Below are positions 60,287 through 64,000 of a stretch of DNA of 64,000 nucleotides, one piece after another. A program made the position numbers and the translations under genes. Within the stretch, counting starts at the first letter, position 1. Each line of letters starts with the position of its first letter. Source of the stretch: Lytechinus pictus (taxonomy: Eukaryota); assembly GCF_037042905.1 (NCBI RefSeq), contig NC_087256.1, forward strand, positions 9,982,001-10,046,000. The letters run 5' to 3'. Below the pieces are notes generated by a model. The model was not told the origin of the DNA. It did not search any database and saw nothing but the letters and a program-made list of their open reading frames with translations.

Positions 60287-63200
60287 GTAATGACATTTTC
60301 TTGTTCATCTTTAGTTTAAAATGAAAGAGAAGAAACCTCCACGATCCCAGCCTGCGTACTCGGCTATCTATGTTCAAAGGTAAAGCAACAGACCCTTTAA
60401 TACCAAGCTCTATAAACTGTCAATATACTCCTTTGGCAGGGTAAACCTTCAAATCATTAGAGAATGAAAAGCACTTGAAGTAAGACTTACACAAAATATT
60501 ACCCATCATCGCCGGAGCGTCAAGATCACTGCTTCTCCTTCACGGGTAACATGACGATTGAGAGCAAACATCTCGCTGTAAAGGCATGCTATTAACTCAA
60601 CTATTGATGTATTGACATGTACATGGAAGGACTAGCGTACTACAAAGCCACTTCAGAAATAGAAAAACGGGGGAAGGAGCGTAGGAAGGAAAATGAAAAA
60701 AAATCTAAAAAGAAAACACTTTTGTACTAGGATCTAATTAAAGTTGTTTCAAAATATAAAACCAATAGTCCTCACTGCTGGTGTTGAGCAAGAGTAATTG
60801 CTAAAAAATAATATCTGACTGCTTATCAGAAAACGGGTGGGCGTATTAAAAGGGCTGAAGAATTACCTAATGACGTCTTTAACATCATTCACACGTTTCA
60901 ATAAAAATTGGTCTTAAATTATAACATTACTTACGGAATGATGAATCTAAAGAAAAGGTAGTTTGATATATAATTGATATTCAACTGATACATCAGAAGT
61001 ATATTCGGAAGTCGGGAGCGTAAATAGTGACAAGACCAGGCGTGTGTTGTATTTGAAATTTGCTAGACGTGTATCAATCAGATATGATTATTTACGTCTG
61101 GGACCGACCTTTAACGTCAACATCCGGAAGACGTGAACAGGGCTCGAACCTCTGCATCAATTTGTAACTTCCCCACATAGCTTGGATTACAAGAGCACGC
61201 CACAACGCCCATTACAACCCATTAATACGTCATTTCATTTAAATAATTATTTATGGTTAAGATAACAAAAAGGAGTATTGGATATTTCAGTTTATCGATT
61301 CATGACCTTACATTAATGGTTTCGACTTCTTTTTGCTTCATGTATTAAACAAATCATGAATTTCCTAGTGATGTCCTTCTGAAACCTTTCCTGGTATTCT
61401 ACCATCTCATCAATCTAATCTGGTCCTGGTGAAGAGGCAAATACTGTTGTTTATTATTTGTTACGTTGGTGGAGCATCATTATCCGCTTGAGTCCTCTTG
61501 TCAACTTGTTTTACCATCAATTAGGCTCCCTCAGAGATCATTGATTGGGGGACCCTAGTCGCTTGATTACCCGTTTTATGGTTCGCCTCGCACCGATGAC
61601 TATACTCGGTTCGTCCGACGCAGAATTGGCCATAGATCGACAAAATAAATTGAACGAAATACATGCGACGAGCATTGTGTCATCGTATTATCCCTCATTT
61701 TTACTTGGGCCTTCAATGGGGAAGGGTTTTACTAGATGAAGAAAGAGGCGCCATTAATATTTTTAACAGGTACGACTCTTCTGAAAATGTTGAATAAAGA
61801 AACAAATATAGAGAAATATTAGTGGACATGGCAGAGCTGATGTTAACCCAATAATGTCTCTTTTGCATGCTTAATGCATTAATTATAATCTCTCGTAAAT
61901 TTTTGCTAACCTTACGACCCGTTTTGTGAAACCCCTTCTCCTAGGGATCAAGAGATACTGTAGCACATCTCAAGGGCAGTGGCAATTAATGTTAAGATCA
62001 CGATTGGTAGAATGATTTCATGGTCAGTGCCTTGATTTGTCACGGTAGTAGCCTTTGGTCATCCAATTGAATACAAGTATTACGGTAGGATGAAAGTTGT
62101 AACATTTATACTACAAGAAGCTGCGATTCATTATCATTGCATGGGGAATTTCTTATAACGTGATGTTTATATTCGCAAAGATATACCAGATGAATCCAAT
62201 GAATATGCACACTTTTGATAATAAGTATTCAGGTGATTATTCATGAATAACAAATAATTTCAAATTACTTGAAACTTTGCGTCGAATAAAGGGACAAAAA
62301 ATATTGTAGTCATGCCCTCAAAATTATCGTTTCAAATGGTTATATGACATGAAAGGAAAAATGAATGTTCGATATTTTAGAAAATTATCAGTACATAAAT
62401 ACCTCATCAGTATAATTTATCAAATTTAAAGGGCGTACAAAGTTAGTAAAGGCATCACTGGAACATTAAGATATATTGTCGAATTCAAATATAATCATGT
62501 CGATTTTGAAAGTTTCATCGAGAGCGATGGGGCAATGTAAAATAGGAATTCAGCAAATATGTGTTTATCGTATTAAACACGCATGTCAACTGAGTTGAAA
62601 GTAAAGTGAAAACACGGAATGAAAGGCATAATAACGATAATATCACTTCCCAGGAGTAGAATTGAAAGCAATGAATATAGGAGGAATGATACCAATAACA
62701 TGTTTAGAAAAGTGGGATCGTGTGAGATGCTGAATGTTCTCATAGTCTCATTCGTGTGATACGTGTCTTCAAGCTAATGAATCACTTCCTTTTCCTTGAA
62801 CGTGACGTAACAATGCAGAAAGTGGAAGTAAGTGGAGAGAAAGGCAAGTAGATTGTGAATAAAAGAGCACTTCAAAGAAAAATAAAAGCGTCAAATAATT
62901 TTCTTCTCAAAGAGAGCAAACAAAGCTTATCATAATATTTTGGAGGCAGTCCGGTAAACAAGCATTGATAACCATTCTACATTACGCGGCAACGTGAGGA
63001 TAGTAAGACCGAAGATGATTTGGAACGAAGGTCATAAATATTATCAACCTCCCACCCGGGAATTTGAAAACTTTCCTTAGCCAACAAAGAATCCCCGGAG
63101 ACGAGGCTGGACAGGTACTAATGGGCACGCGTCTTTTTGTTGATTGTGTGTTTTCGTGACAGTAATACCAGAAGACTTCCAGATGATTCTCACAGGGATA

Positions 63201-63399
63201 GCATCAAATAAGTTATGGCCAATCCTGAGAAAGTCTACCTAGATTGCAGAGGCGTGCAAAGAAGGGTAGAAATAAAGAGACGAGAATAAGACGGATTCGA
63301 CAGGGCTTTCCGCATACTTTTCTTCGGGCATGTCGGAATTATGTGCTCCTTCGTTTAAATTCAAGTCCACCAAGAAATAGAAGTCCATAACACATACCC

Positions 63400-63650
63400 A
63401 TTTTCGTGGAAAACGTAGCTAATCAATAATTTAGTAAGTTTGATGTAAATGAGATGGAATGATTGTTTTGGTGATTATCAAAGGAAACAAACGAAAATGC
63501 TTGTTTATATAAAAGGAGAGTTAATACACTAGATGGTATACCGATATCCCTCTGTAAGCCCCTCCCCCCCTAAGGCTAGGTCTTTATTTTCGTGGAAAAC
63601 GTAGCTTATCAATAAGTTAGTAAGTTTGAGGTAAATGAGATGGAATGATA
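63400..63650. repeat. Short direct repeat, ~65 bp x2
   Basis: attttcgtggaaaacgtagct...gtaaatgagatggaatgat at ~63400 and ~63586. Confidence 0.8.
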
Positions 63651-64000
63651 TATTTACGGATCCAGTACCTATCGGGTATCATCTCACGGTAATCGTTAAA
63701 GCTCGAGTATATTGTAATCTAAGATCTTCCCCAAAAAACATTTTATTTCTAATAATTACCTCATAAACATGTGATAGAGGTGCAATCTTATATCATGGAA
63801 GATGTAATTTCGGAGTTATGTACTTCATGAAAATAGAGGTTTACAAACTATCATGCAATATTAAATGCAATGATTTTTTGTCATCATAATTCGAAAATTC
63901 AAAATCAATCAATTTTCATATTCCTTTCATTTTTCAGAAAATAATGAATGGATAGAAATGAGAAAAAACAATCATACTGATGGTAATACACTTTGTTTTA

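Noticed and set aside
57151-64000. Location of the NGFFFamide non-coding first exon and promoter (donor candidates near 60490 and 63238; TGACGTCA at 58808)
   Set aside because: No way to choose among candidates from sequence alone; the exon may lie outside the window and the CRE may belong to a repeat.
1-64000. Vasopressin/oxytocin-type (echinotocin) peptide exon as the partner of the neurophysin
   Set aside because: No CxxxNCPxG-GKR exon found by eye; a tBLASTn would settle it, and the N gaps are unreadable.

Overview
Eukaryotic, AT-rich, repeat-dense genomic DNA, very likely a sea urchin (inferred from the near-match of the neuropeptide precursor to the Strongylocentrotus purpuratus protein as I recall it; Lytechinus is a guess). 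Two minus-strand, intron-containing genes can be rebuilt by hand from GT/AG sites with consistent phases. (1) An NGFFFamide (NG-peptide; neuropeptide-S/CCAP family) precursor: coding exons 57109-57002, 56644-56204 and 40162-39914, giving 265 aa with a signal peptide, two KR-NGFFFG-KR copies and a 14-Cys neurophysin domain. (2) The N-terminal regulatory half of a Cdc25 phosphatase: nine coding exons from 13402 to 3426, exactly 400 codons; the catalytic exons lie left of the window and there is a candidate CDE/CHR promoter near 17.8-18.0 kb. Neither gene appears intact in the ORF track. The rest is non-autonomous DNA transposons (hAT, Harbinger-, Kolobok-, piggyBac-, Helentron-like), tRNA-derived SINEs, broken LINEs, tandem duplications, two large palindromes and two N gaps (30301-30598, 43045-43179). 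Most notable observations: the neurophysin-bearing NG-peptide gene and its intron shared with vasopressin/oxytocin genes; its linkage to cdc25; repeated same-site double insertion of transposons; and a Penelope-type hammerhead ribozyme motif split by nested MITEs.
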